DNA of 64,000 bases from Podarcis erhardii (Eukaryota), in assembly GCA_964252035.1 (NCBI GenBank), contig OZ176211.1; one strand, written 5' to 3'. The notes under the pieces are model-generated. The model saw nothing but the letters and a program-made list of their open reading frames with translations. It had not been told where the DNA came from and ran no database searches. Positions 10,164 through 21,069 of the stretch are shown one piece after another. A program made the position numbers and the translations under genes. Within the stretch, counting starts at the first letter, position 1. The number at the start of each line of letters is the position of its first letter.

Positions 10164-10834
10164 GTAAGTCCCAGGCACGGAGCCTCCCTATACAGGGGGA
10201 GTCTATCTCCGGGCAGTAGGTGCTGGCGGGGCCGGGCAACCAATGGGGGGGAGGTTATGGCGGGGATGGGGGAAGGAGAGCAATGGCTGCGGCCTTCGTC
10301 CCTCCTTGGTGGTCTTCTCACCGAGGAGCGCGGGTGGCGGCGTTGGGGATCAAAGCTGGGCTGCATTGCTCCTCCAGCCCCTTTGCTGCGTTTTCGCCGC
10401 TGCCCCTGCAGGGGGAGGGATGCCCAACAAGTAGGAGACGCGAGCACGCAGCCCTGTCTCTCGCCCCCTCCCGTATTTGTTCTCTATGCTTTGCACAAAA
10501 AGAAAGAAAGGCGCCCTTTTGCAGTAAAATAATCGGCGGTCTTCTAGCCTGGGGCCGCTGCTGGAGGAGAAGGAAGGTGGAAAATGCTCCCCTCGTTTGG
10601 ATTCCGTCTAGGCGGATCCTCGAAGCAGTAATGAGCCCCAGACGTAGCTGTGTGGAATAAAAGCTTGCCAGCACCTTCCCCACCTTGGTTGGTTGCAACA
10701 GGCATACCCTACGAAGGTGTTATGTATCTGTAGAAGCCGGGGAAAGGCTAGGCAGGGTGGGTTTTGGAGTACTTGCACACACAAATCATCACATAGACAG
10801 CAAACTTGGCAAAAGGCCTGGGATGGCCACGTGT

Positions 10835-10930
10835 CATGTATGATTTAGTTGAGATTCCTGCATTGCAGAAGATTGGATTAGATGACCCTCCCTCAGGGTC
10901 TCTTCCAGCTCTACAATTCTATGATTCTGT
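10835..10930 (+). mobile_element. CR1-type 3' tail fragment
   Basis: gagattcctgcattgcag...ggattagatgaccc...ccttccagctctacaattctatgattct. Confidence 0.8.
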
Positions 10931-11640
10931 TCTTTCTCTGTTTCCTTGGAAGCAGCTGTCACGGACTTCAGTGGGTCTTTCTTCTAAGTATGCATGCATA
11001 GGATTGTAATTTTTAGAGATGGAAGGGATGTGTGAATCTCCAGCACTTGGGAATTTTGACCCTGTTGTCATTATTTTACAGGTGAAGATCTAAGAGTTCT
11101 CCCAAAAGAATGGGTAGCGGATACTTAAGTCCTCCCCAAGTGTTTTCAGTAAATGGGGATGGAAGATCTAAATAGATACTTGAAAAACCTAACACAAGGG
11201 TAGAGGATAGAGCATAGAGCAACTATCAGTTGCTCCTGATAGGCATTCAATACTCCTAGCTTTTAGGGAAAACATATGTGCAGAAGGAAAACTTCCCTTT
11301 ACTGAAAGGCTAGTTTCTCTCTGGTGAAATCTTCCCAGGAATGAAAGCAGTCTAGGAATGCTTGCACTTTTGGTTTGGGTTGCACCCAGCTCTCCTATGT
11401 GGGAAAGAGAATTGTCAGGCTATTGATTCTAGAGAAAAATTGGACCTGTTGCCCTCCAGCAGTAGGAGATCCCTGGGAGCAGTACAATTCAAGTAATCCC
11501 TCCCAGGGCAGGGGACTGTAGCAGAAATAACTTTAGCTTCAGGTGGATAAAGATTAATATCCAGTTGATAAAACTTTTCACTAAAATAATTTCCAGGGGC
11601 AGGCATGTTAGTCAGCTGCAGCAACAACAGCAGTCTTTTG

Positions 11641-11691
11641 ACATCTTAAAGACTAACATATTTTATAATAAAACTTTAGTCTTTAAGGTGT
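11641..11691. mobile_element. Old palindromic Penelope-like remnant in intron 1
   Basis: acatcttaaagactaa (11641-56) and ttagtctttaaggtgt (11676-91) are inverted with one mismatch; same motif family as 9252-9430. Confidence 0.55.
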
Positions 11692-12374
11692 AGCAAAACT
11701 GCTTTCTTTTAAAAGAAGGCAGTATTGGAAGCTGCTGCCCAAACACCAAAAGGAAGATCCTATCAAGTTCCAATAGGCATGTGTACATCTTAACAGCAGT
11801 ATAGGTAGTCTGTTAAAGGTTTTCCCAGATCAGGGCATTGTCTTCATATTGTGTCTATACAAATAACAAGGACTGCTTGTAGCTTTGTATAAATTGCTAT
11901 GCAAGCAGTAGGTTTTTATAAAGCAAAATGTGTTATTTTGATCATCTAGCATGTCTAGTTTTACAACATCAGAATGGATTCTGGATCATGTATGTAATAA
12001 ATGCTCTTTTGAGGCACTTCAAAGTTTTCTCTCTTCTGAATTGGAAGGGCCAACTCACTGGAGATGTTAGTAATCTGCTGGAGGGGGGAAATCAAATTGT
12101 GAACTCTTTAGCTATTAGACCAAGCCATTGAAAATCTGTATTATAAGTATTGATTAACTGTCCCAGGTCACTGATGCTGGGACAGCTTGGTGTTACTCTC
12201 TTAATATGTATAAGAATCTAAAGGATCCAGTATTTTTGTCACTATATAAGCATCACTGTTTGTATGGCAATTGACAACTTCATGTGAAATGTCTGAAAAC
12301 ATGCTATTATATGCTTGTTTATATTTTTGTCATGGTGTAGGGGCATGTTTAAAGCTCTAGGTAGATGTTCCTAC

Positions 12375-12560
12375 CCTTCCTTTTAAGAAGCTGAAGGTAG
12401 TGCACATGGTCCCCTGTCCCATTCTCATTTTATCATTGAAACAGCCTTATGTGATAGGTTGGACTGTGAGAGGGTGACTGGCCTAAGGTCACACCTTGAG
12501 CTTCATGGCTGAGTGGGGATTTGAACCTGTTTTTCCTCAGTCTGGTCAAACGCTCCAGCC
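12375..12560 (-). mobile_element. MIR-like/Squam3-type SINE
   Basis: aaacagccttatgtgataggttgg...gtgactggcctaaggtcacacc...atggctgagtggggatttgaacc is the reverse of the SINE head and core. Confidence 0.65.
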
Positions 12561-13168
12561 ATTACATATACTGTTGCTTAGAATGTTTTGCAATAGTAAT
12601 AGTAATGCCAAGCAATATATCATTTTCAGTGTTCAGAATGACAGTTGCATACATTATGAGAACAATCCTTACAACAATCCTGCATGGTAAACAAGCATTA
12701 TCCCAACATCACTGAGAGTTCTTTCCTTAAGGTCACCTTGTGAATCATGACTGAGATATCACTTAAATTAACGACCTCCTAGGTTGCAACTCATTCTCTT
12801 AACTACTATGCTATATTAACTACAGTGTATCCTATCCATCAGTGGAGTATTACCTGTATTCAAAAATTGTCTTGGGCTTCCACACCTCACCTGGAAGTGA
12901 ACTCATTAACTATTCTCTAGTGTCCAAAGCAAGGCTATAGAATATTCTTACTTCCTAAAGTACTGAAGATGACCATAGGAATGTTGGGTTTTCTTCATAT
13001 GTTTTTCTGACACTGACTTCTCATTTGTAAAGAAAATTCCTATATCTCATGGTAGACAAGTACAAACCATTAGTAGTTACACAGATAAAGCACATGGCAT
13101 ACTTGATGGCTGGCTTTGCAGCCGAATGTTGGCACTAATAACTTCTTGATGCCCCTTTCAGAAATCTC

Positions 13169-13568
13169 ATGGAGAAGCCTGTGTCCAGAACAGAAGATCA
13201 GACCTGGAGTTGTTCCTGTACTGCCAGGAGAAGGCAGAGAACCCCCTTAGGTGGAAGTGCCACAGGGCTGGCAGCCAAAGTGGGCGAAATGTTGAGCTCG
13301 TCTGTCTCGAGTTCTCCTCTAAAACTAGTGAGTCACAGCATGCGGAACCCAAGCAGCTCAAACCTTGGCAGTGGCACCAGCAGCAGTTTGAACTTGAGCA
13401 GGGACGTAGTGCAACGGAGCCTGGTGCTCTTTGTCGTTGGCACTTTCCTCGCCCTGGTGCTGAACTTGCTGCAGATCCAGAGGAACGTAACACTCTTCCC
13501 CGAGGAGGTCATTTCTACAATCTTCTCCTCTGCTTGGTGGGTGCCCCCTTGCTGTGGGACAGCAGCAG
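13169..13568 (+). CDS. INSIG1: Insulin-induced gene 1 protein, coding exon 1 (gene exon 2; exon begins 13162)
   Basis: [17 protein letters not shown]...GLAAKVGEM...[53 protein letters not shown]; acceptor cccctttcag| at 13161, donor CAG|GTAAGT at 13569. Confidence 0.97.
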
Positions 13569-14529
13569 GTAAGTCACCAGATTAAACTTTGGTTGTTTGG
13601 GAATCGTTGTGGAAAGAAGGCATTGGCAGTTCTCGACGTTGGATTGTATTTTGTCGCTGGGTGGTATTTGAGACCCGCAACTTGCTGGGGTTTGCTTCTT
13701 CAGTCTGCTGCACTCTTTTCAGGATTGGCCATGACTTAAGAGTCTGCATGCTTTGTTAATGCCGTCTAGCTGCTGAGCAAATTGAGAGAACAATCGGATT
13801 AAGCAGAAGCATGTTGTCTAGGAAAGAGCAGGGATGTGTAGCAGGTTACTTTCGTGGGCTGATGCTGCTTTAAGAGTTGGTACTGTGGTTAGCCCTGGAA
13901 TTAGGGAAGAGTTTCCTCCAAGCTATTGTCTGTCAAAGTTTTAGCACAGGCGCTTGCATGACTCATCACCACTCTCTGCCTTATGATTGGTTCCCTTTTG
14001 AAACTGGTGAGTCGCGTGTTCTCACTCCTATTGGTTGCCTGCCTGAACATGCCACATACTTGAATCAAAAACAAGGAAGTCACATGTTGCGGCAGCAGAG
14101 GATGGGAAGTGAAGCTTGGCTAGCTGCCTGTTCTGAGAGCAGCTGCAGCAGCTTCATTTGCCAGCAGAAATGTAAGGGGATTTCCTCCTGCACCGCCCCC
14201 TTGCAAAAGCTGTAGCATACCTAGGACAAAACGCTTAGTTAAAATAGAAATCTATTTTGTTATATAAAGAAGCAGAACAAATAGCTGAATGTTAAACAAC
14301 TCCTGTTGCTAACTACACAGTGGATTCAAATGGCACTATAGGGGAGCATTAAAACACAGCTGTATTCTATTAAGTAGAATGTTGCAATGCTTGGCAGAAA
14401 TGTTTGAAGTGTAAACATAAATCTTTATGTTGGTAAAACTTTTGAAGAGAGCAACACAGAAAAGAGATGAAGGAGAAAAGCCAAAATTTATCAAGCTACC
14501 CCAAAAATTCATCATGTCATGGAGGCTTT

Positions 14530-14600
14530 AGCTGAGATTCCTGCATTGCAGTTGGACTAGATGACCCTCGGGGTCCCTTCCAACTCTACAGTTCTATGAT
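14530..14600 (+). mobile_element. CR1-type 3' tail fragment
   Basis: ttagctgagattcctgcattgcagttggactagatgaccctcggggtcccttccaactctacagttctatgatt. Confidence 0.8.
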
Positions 14601-14961
14601 TTTTAATCCAATGAAGGTTTAACCCAATCTCAGAACCGTACTGGCTACTGCCATTCCTTTTGATTACTGTCTGAATTTGAGATGTTATTTTCTGGCAACA
14701 TAAAATTTAGTTTTCTAATAGGTTTCTGCAGTACAAAACAGCTCTTGCCAGTGCAGGGTGGGACCTGCCCCTTTGGCTGCAGGTGTTGCTCTAGAGCAGG
14801 ATATATACGTATGTGTTTCTCAAAACAGGTGGCTTCAGTTTTAGCCACCTCTCTGCATCATGAGTAAAGCAGTGAACTTCAGATATTCTACACAGAAACA
14901 GCCAGTGTTTGTCCCATAGTATTGTGTGCCCTCTGAAATGAAACAAAACCAAGTTCTAGCC

Positions 14962-15239
14962 CAGGTGTCGCCAACCTAAGGCCCATGGAGGCCATTTAAC
15001 CGACCTACGATCCACCCCCGAACCGAGCCACCCGCTCGGCGAGCCCCCGTGCGCTGCGCTAAAGTAGCGCAGCGCAGGGAGTATTCCGTGGCACCAGAAA
15101 TCACTTCTGCGCAGGCTCTATTTTCGGCGTCTGGGCATGCGCAGAATTGATTTCTGGCATCACGCTGCACCGATCCGGCCCACGGAGGATCTCTGCGGGA
15201 GTGATCCAGCCCATGCCCGGTAAGCCTTGCCGACCCCTG
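14962..15239. mobile_element. hAT MITE (young)
   Basis: Termini caggtgtcgccaacc / ccttgccgacccctg; perfect 8-bp TSD ttctagcc at 14954-61 and 15240-47; CpGs still present. Confidence 0.9.
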
Positions 15240-15305
15240 TTCTAGCCTGTATATTAACTGCTGTCACTCAGAGGCCAGTTGAAATGGACTTAACATTTTA
15301 ATATA

Positions 15306-15547
15306 CAGTGGTACCTCAAGTTACATACACTTCAGGTTACAGACGCTTCAGGTTACAGACTCCACTAACCCAGAAATAGTACCTCAGGTTAAGGACCTTG
15401 CTTGAGGATGAGAACAGAAATTGTGCTCCGGCGGTGCAGCGGCAGCAGGAGGCCCCATTAGCTAAAGTGGTGCTTCAGGTTAAGAACAGTTTCAGGTTAA
15501 GAACGGACCTCCGGAACGAATTAAGTTCTTAACCCGAGGTACCACTG
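15306..15547. mobile_element. Tc1/mariner (Tigger-like) MITE
   Basis: TIRs cagtggtacctc / gaggtaccactg with TA duplication on both sides. Confidence 0.9.
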
Positions 15548-15749
15548 TACTCCTGTTGTTGTAACTAAACATGTAGAGCAATAGTTCTGTCTGGCATTAA
15601 GAGTTTCCAGCCCAGCATCAGTTGGCCATGTTGATAAGGAAACTCTTCATACTGGGGAAAAACACTGTGGGAAAATAGCTTTATGTGTGGCAGTGAGTGG
15701 GAACCAAGTCACCTGATGAGGCTAAGCAGCTGCTGTGTGTGTTTGCAGC

Positions 15750-15866
15750 TTACCAGGTAGTATTGGGCTCCAACTTCCATCAGCTTTACTCAGCATGGCC
15801 AGTGATCAAGGATGTTGGGAGGTGGAGTTGATCAACATTTGGAGGGCCACACATTAGGCACCCCTG
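15750..15866. mobile_element. Short squamate hAT-like repeat (ggactacaactccc family), degenerate
   Basis: ctccaacttccatcagc...gatgttgggaggtggagtt...catttggagggcc...aggcacccctg; related copies near 23290-23400, 29965-30012 and 58348-58460. Confidence 0.55.
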
Positions 15867-16509
15867 GTGTACACTGTCCTGTAACAATCTGAATGACTGG
15901 AATGATTAGAAGCAACTTCTGCTAATAAAAACTGGCTGGTTGCTCTAGAATACATTCTTCAGTGGTGCCTACAGCCAATAGTTTACCTGTTAACTAGCAA
16001 AAGTGCTGTGAAAGTCAAATGCCTGAACTTTGAATTTTAAAAAAATTCAGTAGTACTTAAATGTGTTCCATGTGGATATATTTTTCAGAGGAAGGGTGAA
16101 TGTGTGAAATATCTCTAATAAAAAGTCAGAAGAAATTTGGGCTCTTGGTCTAGGCAGCTAATTATTACTGTTAAAATATTGATTCTGCTTCTACCTGAGG
16201 CTTACATCTTCTACCAAGGAACAGAAACAAACTTCTTTTTAATATAAGCAGTGTAGTATATACACAAATAAATTAGTTCCTTTTATAACTTGTAAGATTC
16301 ATACATGTTCCACCATAGTCCCGCATCTTGAAGCATAACATAAGAATATGTGAAACACTATACAATTTGTGAAATATCATTAGCAGACACAACAGTAGGG
16401 AAAATGGGTTCTAGTCTGCATAAGACTTTGGCATGTGCTGAATAGATTTATATTTACAACAGCTTGGATATTAAAATTGTATGAACAATTTCTCCTTTTT
16501 CTTTTACAG

Positions 16510-16634
16510 CTGTTATTGGCCTGCTGTATCCCTGCATTGACAGTCATCTTGGTGAGCCTCACAAATTCAAGCGAGAATGGGCCAGTGTTATGCGGTGTAT
16601 AGCAGTCTTTGTCGGCATTAACCATGCAAGTGCT
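16510..16634 (+). CDS. INSIG1: INSIG1 coding exon 2 (gene exon 3)
   Basis: (A)[41 protein letters not shown]; 125 nt; includes K152/K154 and S145, equivalent to human K156/K158 and S149. Confidence 0.98.
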
Positions 16635-17870
16635 GTATCCTTAGAATGATGTGATTAATGTCCATATCTGGTGTAATTATAATGGAATTTATTTATAAAG
16701 TTCTTGTCAGTCTATACTTGACCAACTTCAACCGAAATGTGGAGAAATTCAGCATGAATGTGGAGAAATGACTGGGTTTTGAAATCCTTATTTCTGGACT
16801 TGTGCCTCTAGAATAGTCACTTGAAATGGATTGTGTGTCTCACAGCAACGTCCTGTACTAGGAAATGCTTTGAAGGATCTGGGATAAGGCTTCTTGGACT
16901 GGCACAAAGAAACCACTTGTCTGCCTATAGCGAGACAAGGGCTTGATAGTGGCAAGTAGGACATTGCTGATTGTATCAGCTGCACTTGATGTTCTTAGGG
17001 CTGCAGCTGCTGTTAACACAAATTTCTCTGCTAAGGTAGCTAAAAGGTCCTGAGGATTAGGGTGGTTTATAAGACACATAAAAAGTTAGTAGTGCTGTGA
17101 GTAAAAGGAGATTTAAAATAAAAGAGAAGGTGGTAGCCAACTAAATTTTACTCAGAGTAGACCCATTGAGTAATCCTTTCCATTAGTTACTCAGATGAGA
17201 CCCTATGTTAAGTGTGTCCATTAATTTCAAGTGGGTTTACTCAGAGTAAAACTTAGTTTGCTACAGCCCAGCCTGTTTAACAGAATAGCAGCTCTGGGCT
17301 ATTGGGATAGAATTAGATTATGTCACAGACTCCACTCAATCGGTGGTCTGAATTTTTCACACACCCAAATCCTCACTTGTTAGTAGAGTCGAGTAGGGCG
17401 CATGCATGAATATGTAGCATTTGCCTTTTTCTCAAATAAAGCTTGTTAGTGTTTTTGCACTAGCTTCTCCTTCAGATATGTCCCAAGAGTTCACTTTGAA
17501 TTTCATTACAAGAAAATTAGCACCTTATTTGAAGAGGCAGTAATTTACTTGCAATGGTCCTCGTTATATCTTGACAGAAGCTGTGGGAAAAATTGTCCCC
17601 TGCAGGCTAATGGTACCCATTTGCTACTTTTGACCGTTGCTTGAAGTGATTTTTGCATTTGTATACTGCATATACAGGTATACATGTACAAAAGAGGAAT
17701 GTATGCAACACAAGAGACAAATAAAATGTGAAAGGGGTGATGGTGTAGACACCATCTAACAGCACTGAAGCAGAAAACTAAATCTGGCTATGTCTGAAGA
17801 TTGTTATGATGAGCAAGAAGAAACTTGTCAGACTTCAAAGCTGCAGAATTTTCCTTAACTTTCTTCTTAG
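16635..17870 (+). other. INSIG1: U12-type (minor spliceosome) GT-AG intron, 1236 bp
   Basis: 5' splice site GTATCCTT; branch site TTTTCCTTAAC at 17849-59, about 10 nt before the AG; no long polypyrimidine tract. Confidence 0.93.
17129..17270. mobile_element. Short palindromic MITE-like repeat
   Basis: ctaaattttactcagagtagaccca versus tgggtttactcagagtaaaacttag inverted; related copies at about 37035-37140 and 51035-51148. Confidence 0.65.
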
Positions 17871-18037
17871 AAATTGGATTTTGCAAACAATATCCAACTC
17901 TCTTTGACCCTGGCAGCTTTGTCACTGGGTCTCTGGTGGACATTTGATCGTTCAAGAAGTGGTCTTGGTCTTGGAATTACAATAGCTTTTGTAGCTACTC
18001 TGATTACACAGTTCCTTGTCTATAATGGAGTTTATCA
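17871..18037 (+). CDS. INSIG1: INSIG1 coding exon 3 (gene exon 4)
   Basis: [55 protein letters not shown](Q); 167 nt; D201 equals human D205; donor CA|GTAAGT. Confidence 0.98.
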
Positions 18038-18599
18038 GTAAGTATCCCATCTTGTGACTTTAAATTGTCTATTTTAAAGTAAAAATTAGTTAAATTTGAC
18101 TTGCATTCTTAAGCAAAGGTGTGTGCCCACTCTGCTGCTAAAAAATGAGAGTTATAAGCCACTCTGTCTTAATGATATTGTAAACTTGTACAAGGCAGCA
18201 GCACACTGTCCTTATGCTAAGTGGTTGGATCACTTTAAGCTTGATTCTAGGTGTGTTCCATTGAGAAAATAGGAAAGAAACGTTTGTGCAGAGAAGACAT
18301 GAATTGTTCAATTTCTTTCCCTCTAAGCATTCTGTAAGCTTTCCCTATTTACACAGCATGAGACGTTTAATCCCTTTCACCACCCCTGTGGTAATAATAC
18401 AGGATGTGACTGTACAAATAGAACTGTATCTTCTACAATCAGATATTTAATTCTGCTGACAAAATGTAAGATGGCAGTATCGAAATTCACAGAACTACCA
18501 CTTGTTCCAGCATAGCTAAGTGTTCATATTAAAAGACAAACCTTGTTGCACAGATATTAAAACTGCAGGCATGTCTCACTTTCTTATATCTTTCTTTAG

Positions 18600-18699
18600 G
18601 TATACATCCCCAGATTTCCTTTACATCCGGTCTTGGTTACCATGCATATTTTTCTCGGGAGGTGTGACTGTAGGAAACATAGGACGGCAGCTAGCTATG
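18600..18699 (+). CDS. INSIG1: INSIG1 coding exon 4 (gene exon 5)
   Basis: [33 protein letters not shown]; 100 nt; acceptor tttctttag|, donor ATG|GTAATT. Confidence 0.98.
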
Positions 18700-18872
18700 G
18701 TAATTATCATACAATCTGTGTTTAGCCATTTTTAAAAGGGAAATTAAGTTGATGAGTGTTAAACCTGTATGCAGGACATGTTATTTGGTGACTAATAAGA
18801 GTAACTGGTACTTTACAAGGGTGTGACCTACGTGACCTGAAGTACATCATCCTAGCCTTGGTCTTTTGGGTG

Positions 18873-19302
18873 CATGGGAACCAACTCCAGGGGACTATGG
18901 GTGTTTGAGCACCCACAATAATATAATTGTGGGGACCTGGCACCCACAATGTCAATGAGAAAAGGTGGCAGCAGTGCTGCCTCCAAGAGAGAAGCAGTTC
19001 AGCTCCACCCTCCGCAGCCAGCCAGCAAGGCACCCTTTTCCAGTGGGGGAAGCTCAGGAGCAAAGGCAGAGTCTCTCTGCCCCCAAGTCCAAGCCCCTCC
19101 GCGCAGAAAAGGGTGCCTTGCTGGCTGCAGAGGAGAAGGAAGAGGAGCTGCCGCCCACCACAATGTGGATGTGCAATGTCACACATACACAAACCTGCAC
19201 ATAGTGCACGCGACATCACATGATGCACTACATGCAGGTGTGTGCGTATGACATCGCACATCCACGTTGTGGTGACAGGTACCCACATATCTGGCTCCCA
19301 TA
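18873..19302. mobile_element. Probable non-autonomous DNA transposon in the last INSIG1 intron
   Basis: Termini catgggaaccaa / tggctcccata, internal cccacaat/attgtggg inverted motifs, GC-rich body; no clear TSD. Confidence 0.5.
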
Positions 19303-19489
19303 TCCTTACTCCAGAGGCATACAGTAACAAAAGGCAAATGTCAGGGAGGGCAGTGATGGTAAGTCTCTTCCCCATTCTCCTGGAAGTACCAACTGCTGGT
19401 GCAGGTTTAGCTTGTTTACAAGAATGCAGTTAAGTTTCAGCATAGTGTTAAACATTAAACTGCAATAACATTTTTGGTTTTGACCACAG

Positions 19490-19519
19490 GGTGTTCCTGA
19501 GAAGCCTCACAGTGACTAA
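19490..19519 (+). CDS. INSIG1: INSIG1 last coding exon
   Basis: GVPEKPHSD* after acceptor tgaccacag|; matches the mammalian INSIG1 C-terminus; spliced CDS is 822 nt, 273 aa. Confidence 0.97.
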   Translation, partial: GVPEKPHSD

Positions 19520-20760
19520 ATATTTGGATCTGCACCGAAGGGAGGCGAAGATCAGTTCTTGAATCTGAACTAGAATTTTTTTCTTCTTGAATAACCTGCG
19601 TGAGCTTCCTGCGCAAATGGCTGGTGAAAAGATGCTTATTCACCTTAGAGTGGCCAAGAGGTTACCTTGATGTTTTTTCCTAGAAGCCTCTGGGTTTGAC
19701 TGTTCTGTGGGAGAAGTCAGTACAGACATAATGCATAGCAAGTCCATGCTTGGTGGCTATTCTCCCAAGTGCTAGGTTCCTGTTGGAAGTCATTGAACCA
19801 GCTGCCATATTTCAAAGCCTTGAAACAAAACTTATAATTACAAGCTTTGTACAAGTGCCCAAAGAAAGTTGGTTGGTGCTGAAATGTGGAGTACATGGAT
19901 GGGTTTAATAGGAATAGTATTTATCAAAATGTCCTTTTAACATAGGGTTGCCTTAAAATGAAGGCGATTAGAGTAAAAGGTACAATCCTTCAGATGTTGT
20001 ACGAAGGAATAATAACTATAGGCACAAATCACAGTTCCCTTGGAAAACATTCTTTGCTTTCTCCACTGAAATAAAGGAGAGAGGTGTAAGGAACTCTACC
20101 TATTTCAGTGTGCTTTGCACAGGAGTACTTATCCGAAGTGCTTTGATTTGTGGTTTTTGAAAACCTGTTCTCCTTGGAAGTGGGAAGCAAACTATCTTGC
20201 AGACAGAAAAGCAATAGGTCTGTCAGCTGTTTATCAAACTGATAGTGTGGTCCCTTACCACTTCCCTGCTATTGGATACACACAGCCAAAATTGATTTTT
20301 GCTCAGTAATGTATGTCACTGCAACTCTGTTGGGCAGGCCCTCAAGTGACTTTACTGATAAGCCTGTCCTTGGAGTGTTACACCAGCCTAAGAGGAGGGC
20401 ATTCCTATGTGATTCCTGTTAAACTATATAGCAACTGGACTAGTTTCAGGGCCCAAGCAGTAGATGCCATGACAGGTGCAGAGCAGGCCAACAGTGTTAC
20501 TTAAGGCTTATCTTAAATGATTTTTGCTTTACAGTGTGTTTTGGAGCAGATCACTGCTTAGTGTTTGTTTTTCGCAACCCTATAGAACTTGCAATCTGTG
20601 ATTGCCTTGTAAGGAAGAGTGCTTGTCACTACAATACACATTGGGTGTTTCTTAGTAGTTTCATGGTGAGCACAATATTCATTCAAATAATATAGACAAC
20701 AGCTGACCCTAATGTAAAGTGCAATGTACAGTTGAGAGAAATCTGAGCCTTGTTGTCTCC
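19520..20760 (+). other. INSIG1: INSIG1 3' UTR (minimum extent; end not determined)
   Basis: AT-rich, repeat-free sequence after the stop codon; AATAAA at 20070-75 and 21989-94 are candidate poly(A) signals; miRNA seed matches extend to 20749. Confidence 0.5.
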
Positions 20761-21069
20761 TCTTTAGTATTTCTTGGTGATATTGAAGAAGAGTTTTGAA
20801 CTCATTTCAATGCTGCATGGAGGCAAAAATCAGCAATAATTTATCTAGTAATGCTAGTTTGTATCGTCTACTAAATCCTGGTCTTAAAAGAAATACTCCA
20901 GTCTTGTAGATATGGTGTACAACTGGAACTCTTACTGACTATTTTTCTGTAATAGGCAGTTAGACGTTCTTCTGTTTTAGCTTCTTGCGACTTCTCATTT
21001 GTTTAGGTTCCAAACTGAGTCTAAAAAAACCCCTCCTCCAGTTTATGTTCAAGGAAACCTCCTCAAAAG

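Larger units (their letters stand above)
9456..10660. promoter_or_regulatory. INSIG1: INSIG1 promoter CpG island
   Basis: Abrupt rise in GC and CpG density; multiple GGGCGG boxes; contains the TATA box and first exon. Confidence 0.9.

Noticed and set aside
9767-10447. 226-aa antisense ORF and other ORFs over the INSIG1 promoter
   Set aside because: CpG-island artefacts with no homology or splice support. Only the ATG at 10134 is kept, because splicing gives it a defined consequence.
15712-15740. Other CTGATGA cores (about 15714, 6146, 58531) as hammerheads
   Set aside because: No stem II followed by GAAA at the required spacing.
17800-17870. ATGATGA as a box C of an intronic snoRNA
   Set aside because: No box D or terminal stem before the branch point.
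18722-19375. 217-aa antisense ORF in the last INSIG1 intron
   Set aside because: It runs across a GC-rich transposon-like insertion and has no protein-like features.
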